Below are positions 1 through 18,795 of a stretch of 64,000 nucleotides of DNA, piece after piece. The notes under the pieces are model-generated. The model was not told the DNA's origin and ran no database searches. It was given only the letters and a program-made list of their open reading frames with translations. The stretch's first letter is position 1; every line of letters begins with the position of its first letter. The DNA is from the human T2T-CHM13v2.0 reference genome, Homo sapiens. The translations under genes and the position numbers were made by a program. The stretch is taken from NCBI RefSeq assembly GCF_009914755.1, contig NC_060937.1. The stretch is one strand, 5' to 3'.

Positions 1-1321
1 TCAGCTCCATCAGCTCCTTTAAGCACTTCTCTGTATTGGTTATTCTAGTTATACATTTGTCTAAATTTTTTTCAAAGTTTTTGACTTCTTTGCCTTTGGT
101 TTGAATTTCCTCCTGTAGCTCGGAGTACTTTGATCGTCTGAAGCCTTCTTCTCTCAACTTGTCAAAGTCATTCTCCGTCCAGCTTTGTTCCGTTGCTGGT
201 GAGGAACTGCGTTCCTTTGGAGGAGGAGAGGCGCTCTGCTTTTTAGAGTTTCCAGTTTTTCTGCTCTGTTTTTTCCCCATCTTTGTGGTTTTATCTACTT
301 TTGGTCTTTGATGATGGTGATGTACAGATGGGTTTTTGGTGTGGATGTCCTTTCTGTTTGTTAGTTTTCCTTCTAACAGACAGGACCCTCAGCTGCAGGT
401 CTGTTGGAGTTTGCTAGAGGTCCACTCCAGACCCTGTTTGCCTGGGTACCAGCAGTGGTGGCTGCAGAACAGCGGATTTTCGTGAACCGCGAATGCTGCT
501 GTCTGATCGTTCCTCTGGAAGTTTTGTCTCAGAGGAATACCCGGCCGTGTGAGGTGTCAGTCTGCCCCTACTGGGGGGTGCCTCCCAGTTAGGCTGCTCG
601 GGGGTCAGGGGTCAGGAGTCAGGGACCCACTTGAGGAGGCAGTCTGCCCATTCTCAGATCTCCAGCTGCGTGCTGGGAGAACCACTGCTTTCTTCAAAGC
701 TGTCAGACAGGGACATTTAAGTCTGCAGAGGTTACTGCTGTCTTTTTGTTTGTCTGTGCCCTGCCCCCAGAGGTGGAGCCTATAGAGGCAGGCAGGCCTC
801 CTTGAGCTGTGGTGGGCTCCACCCAGTTGGAGCTTCCCAGCTGCTTTGTTTACCTCAGCAAGCCTGGGCAATGGCAGGCGCCCCTCCCCCAGCCTCGCTG
901 CCGCCTTGCAGTTTGATCTCAGACTGCTGTGCTAGCAATCAGTGAGACTCCATGGGCGTAGGACCCTCCGAGCCATGTGCGGGATATAATCTCCTGGTGC
1001 GCTGTTTTTTAAGCCCGTCGGAAAAGCGCAGTATTAGGGTGGGAGTGGCCCGATTTTCCAGGTGCCGCCTGTCACCCCTTTCTTTGACTAGGAAAGGGAA
1101 CTCCCTGACCCCTTGCGCTTCCCGAGTGAGGCAATGCCTCGCCCTGCTTTGGCTCGCGCACGGTGCGCTGCACCCACTGTCCTGCACCCACTCTCTGGCA
1201 CTCCCTAGTGAGATGAACCCAGTACCTCAGATGGAAATGCAGAAATCACCTGTCTTCTGTGTCGCTCATGCTGGGAGCTGTAGACCGGAGTTCTTCCTAT
1301 TCTGCCATCTTGGGTCGTCCC
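1..1321 (-). mobile_element. LINE-1 (L1PA3-type) 5' UTR and start of ORF1; element continues off the left edge
   Basis: Reverse complement starts GGGACGACCCAAGATGGCAGAATAGG (YY1 box), followed by the CpG-rich 5'UTR. ORF1 ATG is at 280-278 (MGKKQSRK). It retains the ~129-bp 5'UTR segment (~410-535) that L1PA2/L1HS lack. Confidence 0.95.
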
Positions 1322-2545
1322 ACATTTTCTTTATCTGATCTGTCACTGATGAATATTTGGGTTGATTCCATGCCTTTGCTATTGTGAATAGTGCTGCGAT
1401 GAACATTTGCATTATGTATCTTTACATTATTTTATCTTTATGATAAAATAATTTATATTTCTCTGGGTATATACCCAGTAATGGAATGCTGGGTTGAATG
1501 GTAGTTCTGTTTTTAGCTTTTTGAGAAATACCATACTGCTTTCTACAATGGTTGAACTAATTTACACTCCCACCAACAGTGTATAAGTGTATTGCGTTTT
1601 CTCCGCAACCTTACCTGCATCTGTTATTTTTTGGCTTCTTAATAATAGCCATTCTGACTGATGTTAGATGGTATCTCATTGTGGTTTTCTCATTGCAGCC
1701 CTGTAGTATAGTTTGAAATTTGGTAATGTGATGCTTCCAGCTTTGTTCTTTATGCTTGATATTGCCTTGGCTATTCGGGCTCTTTTTGAATATGAATTTT
1801 AAAATAGTTTTTTCTAGTTCTGTGAAGCATGTCATTGGTAGTTTGATAGGAATTGCACTGAATCTATAAATTGCTTTGGGCAGTGTGGCCATTTTGATAA
1901 TATTGATTTTTCCTATTTATGAGCTTGGAATGTTTTTCTATTTGTTTGTGCCATCTCTGATTTCTTTGGATAGTGTTTTATTGTGATTTTAGTAGTAGAA
2001 CTCTTTCACTTCCCTGGTTAGCTGTATTCCTAGGTATTTTATTCTTTTTGTGGCAATTGTGAATGGGATTGCCTTTCTGATATGGCTTTTGGCTTGGCTG
2101 TTTGTGTATAGGAATGCTAGTGATTTTTGTACATTGATTTTGTATCCTAAACTTTGCTGAGGTTGTTTATCAGCTGAAGGAGCTTTTGGACCAAGACTAT
2201 GGGGTTTTCTAGATATAGAATCATGTTGTCTGCAAACAGGGATAGTTTGACTTTCTTCATATTTGGATGCCCTTATTTCATTCTCTTGCCTGATTGCTGT
2301 GGCTAGGATTTCCAGCACTATATCAAATAGGATTGGTGAGAGAGGATGTGTTTGTCTTGTGCCAGTTTTCAAGGGGAATGCTTGCAGCTTTTGCCCATTC
2401 AGTATAATGTTGGCTGTGGGTTTGTCATAGATGGCTCTTATTATTTTGAGGTATGTTCTTTCAATACCTAGATTTTTTAGAGTTTTTAACATAAAGGGGT
2501 GTTGAATTTTATTGCTAGCATTTTCTGCATCTATAGGGATACAAT
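1322..2545 (-). mobile_element. Older L1 (L1PA/L1PB-like) ORF2 3' half with an internal gap near 1690; host of the L1PA3 insertion
   Basis: Minus-strand ORFs 1611-1892 and 1989-2492 translate to degenerate ORF2p ([32 protein letters not shown]). Confidence 0.9.
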
Positions 2546-2758
2546 GTTGCTTCCTTTTTAAATTTATTGAGGTTTGTTTTATAACCTATCCTATGGCCTA
2601 CCCTGAAGCATGTTATATGTGTACTTGAGAAAAAGGCCTAAATATGTGTGTTAGGTCTAGTTGTTTTATAGTGTTGTTCAAATCTTCTATTTCCTTGTTG
2701 GTCTTCTTGCCAATTGTTTGTCCATTATTGAAAATGGGGTAATGAAGTTTGCAACTAA
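2546..2758 (-). mobile_element. Ancient L1M fragment (ORF2 endonuclease region)
   Basis: Minus-strand translation NKEIEDLNNTIKQLDLTHIFR matches the L1 EN domain. Confidence 0.75.
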
Positions 2759-2759
2759 G

Positions 2760-2968
2760 GAGGACTGTTTTTGAAATGCTCAGCTTCAGAGATACTAATT
2801 GTATTGATAGAGGCCTCTTTTGAAACTGCATCTCAGCTCAACTTCTCCCTTTTCCCAAACCTACTTCTTTCACTTTTTTATAAGTTTGTTTCCAAGGGCT
2901 CTCCCAACAAACTCTCAGCATGAAATCTCTGTATCAGTGTGTATTTCCCAGGGATTTAAAATCTTAAA
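2760..2968 (+). mobile_element. Partial 5' LTR (3' part of an LTR16C-like LTR) of an ERVL-class provirus
   Basis: Aligns by eye to 8940-9137 (aactgcatctcagctcaacttctccc vs aactacatcaccatttaacttttc; cactttttataagt vs cactcccttataagt) and resembles the LTR16 3' end. Confidence 0.7.
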
Positions 2969-8676
<5,708 letters not shown>

Positions 8677-9137
8677 TGTAGTGGAAGTTTTGGTGCACTG
8701 CACGGAGGCCTCCTTTAGACTGAGACCCTTATACTCTCCCAGCCACCAGAGTGTGGGCTGCTGACAGCTCATAACTGAGTGTCACACGGGGTATTTCCCT
8801 GGCTCAAGTGAGCTGCCTCACCCAAATTATACCCCTCCCCATGAGCAGCCAGACCTCAATGACTGATCAATGCAGGGAAACAAAATTCCTGCCACCTTGA
8901 CTTGATTCCTGACAACTCTGCAAGGCCTTCCTAATTCTAGAGCTCCCTGTAGCCTCAGTTGAGTCATCTATTGCAACTACATCACCATTTAACTTTTCTT
9001 GTTGTCCATTCCTGCTTCCCTCACTCCCTTATAAGTGTGGCTTCCAAGAGTATTTCCCGATATTTCTCTTGCATGCATCTCCAACTCAGAACCTTTCTGA
9101 TTCTCTTTTTATTATTTGGAAACCTGCCCTAAGATAC
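8677..9137 (+). mobile_element. 3' LTR, LTR16C-like
   Basis: Begins TGTAGTGG after the purine tract and ends ...ccctaagata(ca). Contains LTR16-type motifs (gctgacagctc, aatgactgatc, cctgcttccctcactccc). Confidence 0.8.
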
Positions 9138-9498
9138 ACTTGAGTGGGACTCTTAGCCGTAGTGGGACTCCTTCTTTTCTGTGAGATCAATCGCAGCACA
9201 AGTAGTCTCCCTTTAACCTTATGCATTCCATCTAATCCTTTGTTGGTAGTTAATGGGCTGTGGAAATATGGGTCTGGTTGTAAATTTCAAAACTGGAACA
9301 TGACCTTGTAAACTAGCTTGGAAATCAGATAATTGGGCAATCTGTGGATGTGGAAGATATATGAGATAAATAGAGTGGAGGTGGCTTGTATAGATGAAGT
9401 CAAGCACAGGTCATGAAAATTGTAAATATACTAATATTTGTGTGATATTTGGCTAGAGGATTATGTACTCTGCTCTCTATTAATCAACTTCACAAATG

Positions 9499-9542
9499 CA
9501 CGCGTGCACACGCACATACACACACACACAAACACACACACA
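9499..9542. repeat. Imperfect (CA)n microsatellite
   Basis: cacgcgtgcacacgcacatacacacacacacaaacacacaca. Confidence 0.9.
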
Positions 9543-10889
9543 AATGGATAACAAAGCAAGGCAAGTTGACATTTTGCTATTTGCTGTGACCTTTGCCACA
9601 ACTTGAATGAAAAACTCTCATGAGCTACATATACCTTATGAAAGATTGCATGAGATTGGTTCAAATGGCTTTCAAATACATTTCCAGCACAAAGCCAAAT
9701 CTGAATTTCATATCTTATCAATACAAGAAAAGGTCAACATAAAGTTTACCCCATAGATTCAGGGGAAATAGAGAAATAGAGATCATGTTTTCCCTGATGA
9801 GCAGAGCTAGCCTATTCTGCCAGAACCAGAACTTTCCCAGGTTGGGAAGACCATCTGGTCAACACGCTGGTTTCCAAATGATAGAACAGAAGGATGAAAT
9901 AAATCTTGCTATTCTGTAGACAGCGTGCAAGAAACACTGGAAAGAACAAAGAGGTGTATGCAGGCCTTCTCTGTGAGTGGACTGGGTCCTTGCTAGCACT
10001 GGCTCTTTGGAGACAAGGCTCTATTCCCATCTGTTGTTGGTGAAAGTTACGTCTTTGAAATCTCTACCCTTAAGAGTCTAACAATACATTTCTATAAGTA
10101 TATTACCAACCCATATCAAACTGACGGGGTGTCTTGTCCTTTATCTTGACTAATTTATAAAGAAGCATGAATGTGAGGGAGAAAGGTGTAAAGGTCAACC
10201 ATGTTGAGTTGTATATTGGATGTTGTTGTATGTATGAAGAGTTGCAAAATAAAAATTAAGATGGTGTCCTCCGAATGTTGGACAACTTTGACCATCTGGG
10301 TCACCTAAATATAGATGTTATACTGCTAGTCTCTATGGGCTATGTATAGAGTTTTCAGTGTTGTTTCATGTGATGACAATCACTTTAAAGTTTGGCAGCT
10401 GAGTCTGCTAATAGGATGGGTTCTCTGTACAATGTAAACTTCTGGTACCTTTGGCTCAGAATTCCAGTCACCTGCCTGCTCACCTGTTTTCTCCTGTTAA
10501 CATTCACTGAAGCCAAGCAATTATAAAATTCTTCTGTTAAGACCTGTTGGAAACCCATGCCAACAATGGTAAGGTCAACTCAAAAGTATGGATAAGTTAC
10601 AATTGTTAAAGAATAAAGCCCATCTACACTGGCTTGGACCAAACTTTTATGCTCGCCTCAGTCCATTAAATGGAAGAGTGCTCTGTCCTGCATTTATTCA
10701 AGCTTCCTCCACGCACTCAGTGTAATCCTGATTACTATTTTGTGATGGGATAGCCCATCTCCTTCTGGAAACTTTCTAGACAAGTGGATTTAGGGGCTGA
10801 AATTACACTCATACTTATGTTGGGGTCTTCTTCTTTCAGGGTGGGCTGTACTCAGGTGTAAAGATGTCAGTATTGATAGTGTAGGGCAC

Positions 10890-10975
10890 TATTTAGCCAT
10901 TTTATAATGTATACCTATTTCAAAATGTTGTAAACCATAAATATATACAATTTCTATTTGTTAATTAAAAAAGAA
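10890..10975 (+). mobile_element. L1MA/MB 3'-end fragment
   Basis: agccatt..taatgtatac..tttcaaaa..accataaatatatacaattt..tttgttaattaaaaaag. Confidence 0.6.
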
Positions 10976-11230
10976 ACAATTTAAATATACACATGCACAA
11001 AAGAAATACATAAAAATAGAAATAAAAGTTAAGAGAAACTATGGAAAGCTAGAGAAATGCTTCATTTTCCTCATGTTAAAAATTGTAATTATATATACTA
11101 TAAAACATATATAATTCCTTTACATAATTATAACATCATTATTTATATAATTATATATAAAGGAATATACCAATGAATATATTTTATATACAGTTATATC
11201 ACACACACACACAAACACACACACATATCA

Positions 11231-11563
11231 ATACACCAATAAAAGAAAAACATCCTATCAGAAAAAAGCAAAATAAAACCCAGCAGACACCAAAGAAAAA
11301 TGCAATACATAGACGGGGTCAGTGTTTTCTCTTATTGGTTAATTTCAGAATAGCATATTCACATATGTGTATGTGTATATATACATATGTGTGTGTCTGT
11401 GTGTATATTTGATACAGTACTATACTTACTAAATATATATAATTATATTTTTCATATATATGATTATACCAATATGAGAAAAATACCCTGTCAGAAAAAA
11501 ATAAAATAAAAACCAGCAGGACCCCAATTGAAACGTAGCACAAATGAGTGGTCAGTGTATCTC
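11231..11563. repeat. Diverged local duplication (~100-bp unit, ~234-bp period) separated by (TG)/(TA) low-complexity sequence
   Basis: 11231-11331 aligns with 11465-11563 (accaat..agaaaaa..cct(a/g)tcagaaaaaa..aaataaaa..ccagcag..ggtcagtgt). Confidence 0.75.
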
Positions 11564-14458
11564 GCTGGCCTTACACAAATAAAAGATTCTATGATAAATT
11601 CACAGATAATCTGATAATAAAAAGTACTCTCAATGAGGCAATCAGTGACTCCTTCTGCCATTCCTTCCCTAATTACTTTCGAAACTTAGTTATTATGAAA
11701 GATAAATTAGTTTTTTAATTTTTTTTTCAATTGATGGCTTTATAAAGAAAGCTCTTTGTTTAGCCGTCACTTCCTAAGACAAGATTCGGTATGGATCCGG
11801 TGGCAGTGAAGACCGTCCCTATATCTCCCCAGCAATGGAAGTATTATGGGGACTTCTTTATAGTAGAGGAGTAAGGCGGAATTCTGGAGTATTCTGGGGA
11901 GCCAGCTAGGGTGGCTATCTGAACCACAAGTGTGATGTTAAAAATAGAAAAATAAAAAGTAAACTTACTGTTTTAGCCAGTGAGATTTAGGGTTAATTTT
12001 TTTTCTTTATTGCGACCTAACCTAGATAAGCCTGACTACTTCAAATTCTTAATGAATAATGGAACCCAAAGTAAAGAGGAGAGAAAAAAGCTTGCAATAC
12101 ACATTTATTACTTGTTTTTCCTAAAGAGGGCTGGATATTATGGTAGATTACTAGGCATTTAAAAGAAGGCCCTACCTTTATTTGTTTACTTGAAACACTG
12201 GTCCATTGCACGTTTTTGCAGAGGAATGACCAAATTAAAAACACAACAGAGAAAAGCAGATGTTGAGGGCCCCAAGGGGATCATGTTATGTTACTTCATT
12301 TTCTAACTGAGTTTATTTTTCTGTTGCTGAATCTGGAGAAATCTGGGCAGATGTTTCCAAAAGGAGAAAAATAGATAAATATCCAGACATCTCAGCAAAG
12401 CAGGAAGCCAGGAAATCTAAAGAAGCCTTCAGCCTTCAGATAAATGGGAAAAGGTTGAATCCTCTGGAAGTGAGCTGGTGCATGTGTGAGTTGGGGGTGA
12501 CTCTGGCTCTGACCCTGTGCCCCCTGGCATCACAGGTGGTGAGAAAAGCACAAAGGCAACTTGGATGAGATGTGGCTTGGAGCACTTTACAGGGGCCAGA
12601 TTGTAAATTTATCCATTTAGGAGTGTCCTGCAGGGGTTCCCACCAGCTCTGTGGACAAAGCTAAAGCTGGAAGGAACAAAACCTGTCCATAAAAGTTCCT
12701 GTTATTGCCACTGTTTATTAAAGAGAGGTAATAAACAAATGTATTATGTGCTGTTTCCTACTCTAGATGCATTTCTACCTTTTTGACCCAAAGTGTGTAC
12801 ACATGTATGCAGTTATGATGGCCCAGATTTTATTCCTAGAGCCTCCTGTTTTTTTTTTTTTTTCTAGTGACAGTACACCTATTGGATGTACACAGGCCTC
12901 TGAATACTCTCCCAGCTCTTAAATATATCATTCTGTGATTAGAAGAGACCTCAAGCCTTTTTTGCCAGGAATTCAAAGCAGATGTTGCTCATTATTCTTT
13001 TTTTCAATAAAGAGATGAAGCAGTGACATTTCGATTACCTTTCTACACCAAAAGGTATTAGTTGAACAGGAGAAATTATTTATTCCTCATTAAAATTGGC
13101 TACCCAGAAACCCTAAATGTCATAACCATGACTTTGCACTACATTAGGGTGACTAATGGCAATATGTGGCACTAAATGACTTGAGTGACAAATTGTGGCT
13201 TCTTTGGCCAGGAAAAAAATCTCATGTTTTGGATTAGATGGCTTATTTTAGGTCAAAAAAAGAGGCAGGTGAATTAGCCAAGGCATCAAGGGATTTGAAT
13301 GCCCTTAACTAAGTGGTCATTTTTGCAGAGTTCTTTATTTTTAAAAGACCTCGTTTACTCAAAATTTAACACTGTATTTGCTGGGAGAAAATGGCTACTA
13401 TAACTTAAAGTTTATCCCCCTGCTGCCTGCTGTCAACTATAAAGCTCTGTTCTGAAAATCCAAGAAAGCACTGTAAAAAAACTTGAATTAAAATACTCTG
13501 GAACTCTAGTTGCGAATGAAGCCTTTCTACAGAGGAGCTGGGGTTTTACATCCCCTATCAATACTCCTGAAAATTAAAGGGTATGAGCTGGTTTAAAATT
13601 ACAGATAGAAGTAATGGCGAAAGAGACAATTTGCATTTCTAGCGCAGGCAAATGCAGCTCATTTCCTTTTTATTTGGGAAAGTAAATCTTGCCAAAATTT
13701 GTCTTATTGGTAGAAATGCTTGTCAGAAAAAAAGAATGAAAAATAGTAGATTCCTTTTCTGCTCTCAAGGTATCTAAATGATGTACACAGATCCCACAGT
13801 CATTCATAGTTACTATGCCTATATCACAGATAAGGAAAATACTGAATGTTAAGCAGATCTTGTATGTTCTAAGAAAGAGAAGAGCATCTGCCTCTTTTTA
13901 CCTGCAAGACCTATATCTTTTGTTTTTTTCCCTTTTCATGTCTTGGTTTGTAGAGTGATGTGGCAGTTCTTAGCCTGAATCCTGGGACCTCATTTACTTG
14001 AGTCAATAGTTACATTGCTCTGTGATTTATTCTCATTAGTTAAAAAAAGAAATGATGGTACAGTTATATTACATTACAGCCATTTAGAGATATAACTACT
14101 AACTTCAAAGTGCTTTAAGAAGTTTGGATGAAAGAAAATGCAATGGAAAGCAGAACATTATTGTCTGTTCTTTTGCATTTTTATCAGGTTTGAATAAAAC
14201 CTCCTCTTCATGAAAAAGTAATAGCAGCTGAGAGTGATAGACATTTCCCTTAGAAATCTAAAGGATTTAAAAATAGATTATGTGTTATTAAAATGTGGAA
14301 AAGATTGCATTTAAAAATATTTTTAAAGTTTTTATGTATCAGAGAACACGATGACTTTGCAAACATACTTTCTGCACAAAGAGAGGATACGGGGCATTCT
14401 GGGTCTTAGAGTTTAGTCTGTCTCCAGATGGAAAATTGCCAAATAAAAGTTTGGTTCT

Positions 14459-15077
14459 GCTTTTACACTTTTGGTGGGAATGTAAATTAGTTCAACCATT
14501 GTGGAAGACAGTGTGGCAATTCCTCAAGGATCTAGAACCAGAAATACCATGTGACCCAGCAATCTCATTACTGGGTATATACCCAAAGGAATATAAATCA
14601 TTCTACTAGAAAGACACATGAACACGTATGTTTATTGAAACACTATTTACAATAGCAAAGACTTGGAACCAACCCAAATGCCCATCGATGGTAGACTGGA
14701 TAAAGAAAATGTGGTACATATACCCCATGGAATGCTATGCAGCCATAAAAAGGAATGAGATCATGTCCTTTGCAGGGACATGGGTGAAACTGGAAGCCAT
14801 TATCCTCAGCAAACTAGCACAGGAACAGAAAACCAAACATCACGTGTTCTCACTCATAAGTAGAAATTGAATATTGAGAACTCATGGGCACAGAGAGGGG
14901 AACAGCACACACCAGGGCCTGTTGGGGGATGGGGGGTGAGTGGAGGGAGCTTAGAGGATGGGTCAGTAGGTGCAGCAAACCACCATGGCACACGTACACC
15001 CATGTAACAAACCTGCATGTTCTGCACGTGTATCCCCCCTTTTATTTTTTAGAAGAAATAAAACAAAAAACAACAAA
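14459..15077 (+). mobile_element. 5'-truncated older L1PA 3' end
   Basis: ORF 14628-14870 is the ORF2p C-terminus, followed by 3'UTR. TSD AAAAGTTTG(G/T)TTCT at 14445-14458 and 15078-15091. Confidence 0.93.
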
Positions 15078-16249
15078 AAAAGTTTGTTTCTATGCATAAT
15101 CACTGATGCTTTCTCCTCACCTCTTCCTGCATGTAGCTTCTTGCAGTATCTCTTCTTTCCCCAGCATGGCATACTTTTCAGCTTCATTCTGTCCATACCA
15201 ATATAATCCCTTCATCAAGCTCAGGTTGTTGCCCTTGCTGATAGCCCCTTTCTAGAGTTTTCTGATCTTCAGTAATCTCTCCTGGAAGCAGTTATTTCAC
15301 CAGCATGCACACTGCACCCTTGAAAATTTTTATTGTTTTTATTCTTTTTCATTATGTTAGTTTTATCTCCTTGACATTATCAGATGCTCATAGGAGCAAA
15401 GGTCATATTGCATTCCCCTCTAGATATATCCTGAGATAATATTGTTATTTCATACAGAATAATAGTTACATTTGGCTACTGATAACATTATATACAATAG
15501 GATGGGAGTAAAGCAAAAGAATAAAATACCAAAAATGTCTTCCAATAACATTAACATAGAAAACAAAAAAATGCAATTAGAGACTTCAGTTCTCATTTCT
15601 AGAGCTGATCAGAACTGTATTTATGACTTTTCCCTTTCCTCATTGATTCCAGTTTCCCTTTGCCTCTTATCAGGACCTCAGTGGGTCAAAGCTCTTTATT
15701 GGTGCAATGACCCTTCTCTCAGTTCTTCATGGGCCTGAATCTTCAGTGATCCTGCCTGCCTGGGTGCCAGTGGTCTTCCATTTGCCTTCATCACTAGGCC
15801 TGGAAGTGTAGTTAAGTCCACCAGTCTTCTAGGTAGTTTTTGGCTGTTTTCATAGTGGCTTGAACAATTTGAAATGACCAAGTGTTTTGTCTCAGCTTTC
15901 AATTCAGTGAAGCCATTGATTTTTCTTTGGTGGGAGACTCTCTCTGGATGACTAAAACCTCAAAATAGCAGCACAAGTTGAAAACCTGAGATAAGAATAT
16001 TGAGAGTGAGTCACTGTAAGATAGAGGTAAAATTCCCAGATTGACCAATGGTTCCCCTACCCGTGTATTTTGCTTAAGAGAGAGAGAAAAAAAGCAGCAG
16101 CTATTCAGCTTTGGTCCAGAGTAGACAATAAACCTCACAAAACAAAACCCAATTTGACAAAAATTGTCTCTTAACTGGTACCATTTAACTCTTGTCTATG
16201 ACAATTAGGAAATTCCTCTGAACAGTAAAAAAGCTAAGAATGCAGTTAA

Positions 16250-16595
16250 CTAAGAATGTAGTTAGCTGTGAGTGACTGTGGCTTGAATGATAAAAAGGTT
16301 TATGTGACTCATTCAACAGGAGTCTGATGACAGATGGCTTTCGTGATGACATCAGGAACATTTCCATGTTTATGGGCCACCATCCTTAGCAATTATGCCT
16401 TCATCCTCATGACTGTGGCCTCATAGTTACAGCATATCTGCTGAAACACCAGCCATCATGTCCGTGTTCCAACTAGCAAGAAGGTTGAGGGAGGGAGGAA
16501 GAGGATGGGATCAGGAGAGCAAAAACTTTTCCCTAGAATCCCAACAGACTTCTGGTGTCATCTCATTGGTCTGAACTGTGTCACATGGCTCCATA
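16250..16595 (-). mobile_element. LTR33-like ERVL LTR
   Basis: Motifs ccatccttagc, ccagccatcatgtcc, cagacttc..catctcattgg.c.gaactgtgtcacatggc. Confidence 0.6.
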
Positions 16596-18795
16596 GGAAA
16601 TTTAATAACTACATGGTTAATGGTGCTGACAGAATTATGACAAGGAAGGAAAAAACATCATAATAAATCTTTATTTTAACAAGGACAAATTATTGCAATT
16701 TAGAGGTTCAGGAAAATGGACCTGTCACTGGGTGGTTTCTGGCTGGTTTCCTTGAACTATAGTGTGAGCTCTCAATCATTTTACTAGTATCAAATTGAGC
16801 ACATTACTGTAGAAATAGCCTAATCCACCTTGGTGATGGGATCTATATGCAGCAGGCCCACCATGGCCTCCCTCCTTGTGAATTCATTAAGAGAGCACTA
16901 GGCTGCCTGGAAAGGGAGGATGACTGATATCCATCAAGTGACTGTCCAATCCACATCTTGTGGGACAATGACCACAAAATGTGTTTGAGTCTTACTATAC
17001 CCACTGTAAAGAAAAAGGAGGTCAGACGTTAACACCTGGCCCTTCTATCCTTAACAGACATTCCTCTGCAGGGGGTGTGGGCCCATTCTCAGAGTTCATT
17101 CACATAACCTTTTCTCAAAATTTCATATCACAAACTCAAATGCATCTCTTTTCAAATTCTTGACCATGGAACCAAATCAATAGTCATATCCCAGGAAATC
17201 AAGGAGCTCATGTTGAACCTGTTCCTCTAGGAAAAGGGAGAGAAAAATTAAGATTATTCCATACTCCACAGTGTTTCACGGTAACCCCAAAAAAGACTTC
17301 CCATCTACAGCACTCTTCTTTCACCTAGTGCCTTCCTATATCACCTTTAAGCCAAGCCAAATGAAGCAATTCAATGATGAGCCAATAGGCGTCATCATGC
17401 CTCTTCATTTAGAGACTGTTTAATTGCACCAATCTCATCTATTTCCTCAGGAAGTGGTATTGATTTATATAATCTTTGGATAGAGAAGAGTTAAACCAAT
17501 GAAGTCCACGAGGCCATTACTTCAAAAGCTAAGGGCCATTGTGGATATTCTGATAGTCTTTGAGGATATCCATTTCATTTATACATGGGGAAATTGGGGG
17601 AAGGATCACAAGATGTGTTTGAGTTTCACTACACCCACTACAAAAGCATGGGAGATCAGAAAGTTAACAAAAGAGAGTCTGATGAGTGGACCCATGACAA
17701 ATTTTATTCTGGGACCCAGGTCTTAGTGTTACCTCAGAGGCAGTATCTAAAAGAAATCAGGAATGGCAGCCAACATGGCCAAATAGGAAGAGCTCCGGTC
17801 TACAGCTCCCAGTGTGAGCGACGCAGAAGACGGGTGATTTCTGCATTTCCATCTGAGGTACTGGGTTCATCTCACTAGGGAGTGCCAGACAGTGGGTGCA
17901 GGACAGTGGGTGCAGCGCACCGTGCGCGAGCCGAAACAGGGCAAGGCATTGCCTCACTCGGGAAGTGCAAGGGGTCAGGGAGTTCCCTTTCCTAGTCAAA
18001 CAAAGGGGTGACAGACGGCACCTGGAAAATTGGGCCACTCCCACCCTAATACTATGCTTTTCCAACGGGATTAAAAAACGGCGCACCAGGAGATTATATC
18101 CCGCACCTGGCTCAGAGGGTCCTACGCCCACGGAGTCTCACTGATTGCTAGCACAGCAGTCTGAGATCAAACTGCAAAGTGGCAGCCAGGCTGGGGCAGG
18201 GGCGCCTGCCATTGCCCAGGCTTGCTGAGGTAAACAAAGCAGCCAGGGAGCTTCAACTGGGTGGAACCCACCACAGCTCAAGGAGGCCTGCCTGCCTCTA
18301 TAGGCTCCATCTCTGGGGGCAGGGCACAGACAAACAAAAAGACAGCAGTAACCTCTGCAGACTTAAATGTCCCTGTCTGACAGCTTTGAAGAGAGCAGTG
18401 GTTCTCCCAGCATGCAGCTGGAGATCTGAGAACGGGCAGACTGCCTCCTCAAGTGGGTCCCTGACCCCTGACTCCCGAGCAGCCTAACTGGGAGGCACCC
18501 CCCAGTAGGGGCAGACTGACACCTCACACGGCCGGGTATTCCTCTGAGACAAAACTTCCAGAGGAACGATCAGACAGCAGCATTCGCGGTTCACGAAAAT
18601 CCGCTGTTCTGCAGCCACCGCTGCTGGTACCCAGGCAAACAGGGTCTGGAGTGGACCTCTAGCAAACTCCAACAGACCTGCAGCTGAGGGTCCTTTCTGT
18701 TAGAAGGAAAACTAACAAACAGAAAGGACATCCACACCAAAAACCCATCTGTACATCACCATCATCAAAGACCAAAAGTAGATAAAACCACAAAG

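Noticed and set aside
404-1338. Plus-strand ORFs nearly identical to minus-strand ORFs at 17757-18672, as a duplicated novel gene
   Set aside because: These are incidental translations of the L1 5'UTR; the identity reflects the inverted L1 pair.
17768-17781. Loss of the YY1 site (AAGATGG>AACATGG) in the full-length L1
   Set aside because: The change is at the degenerate position of the AANATGGC motif, so loss of binding cannot be claimed.
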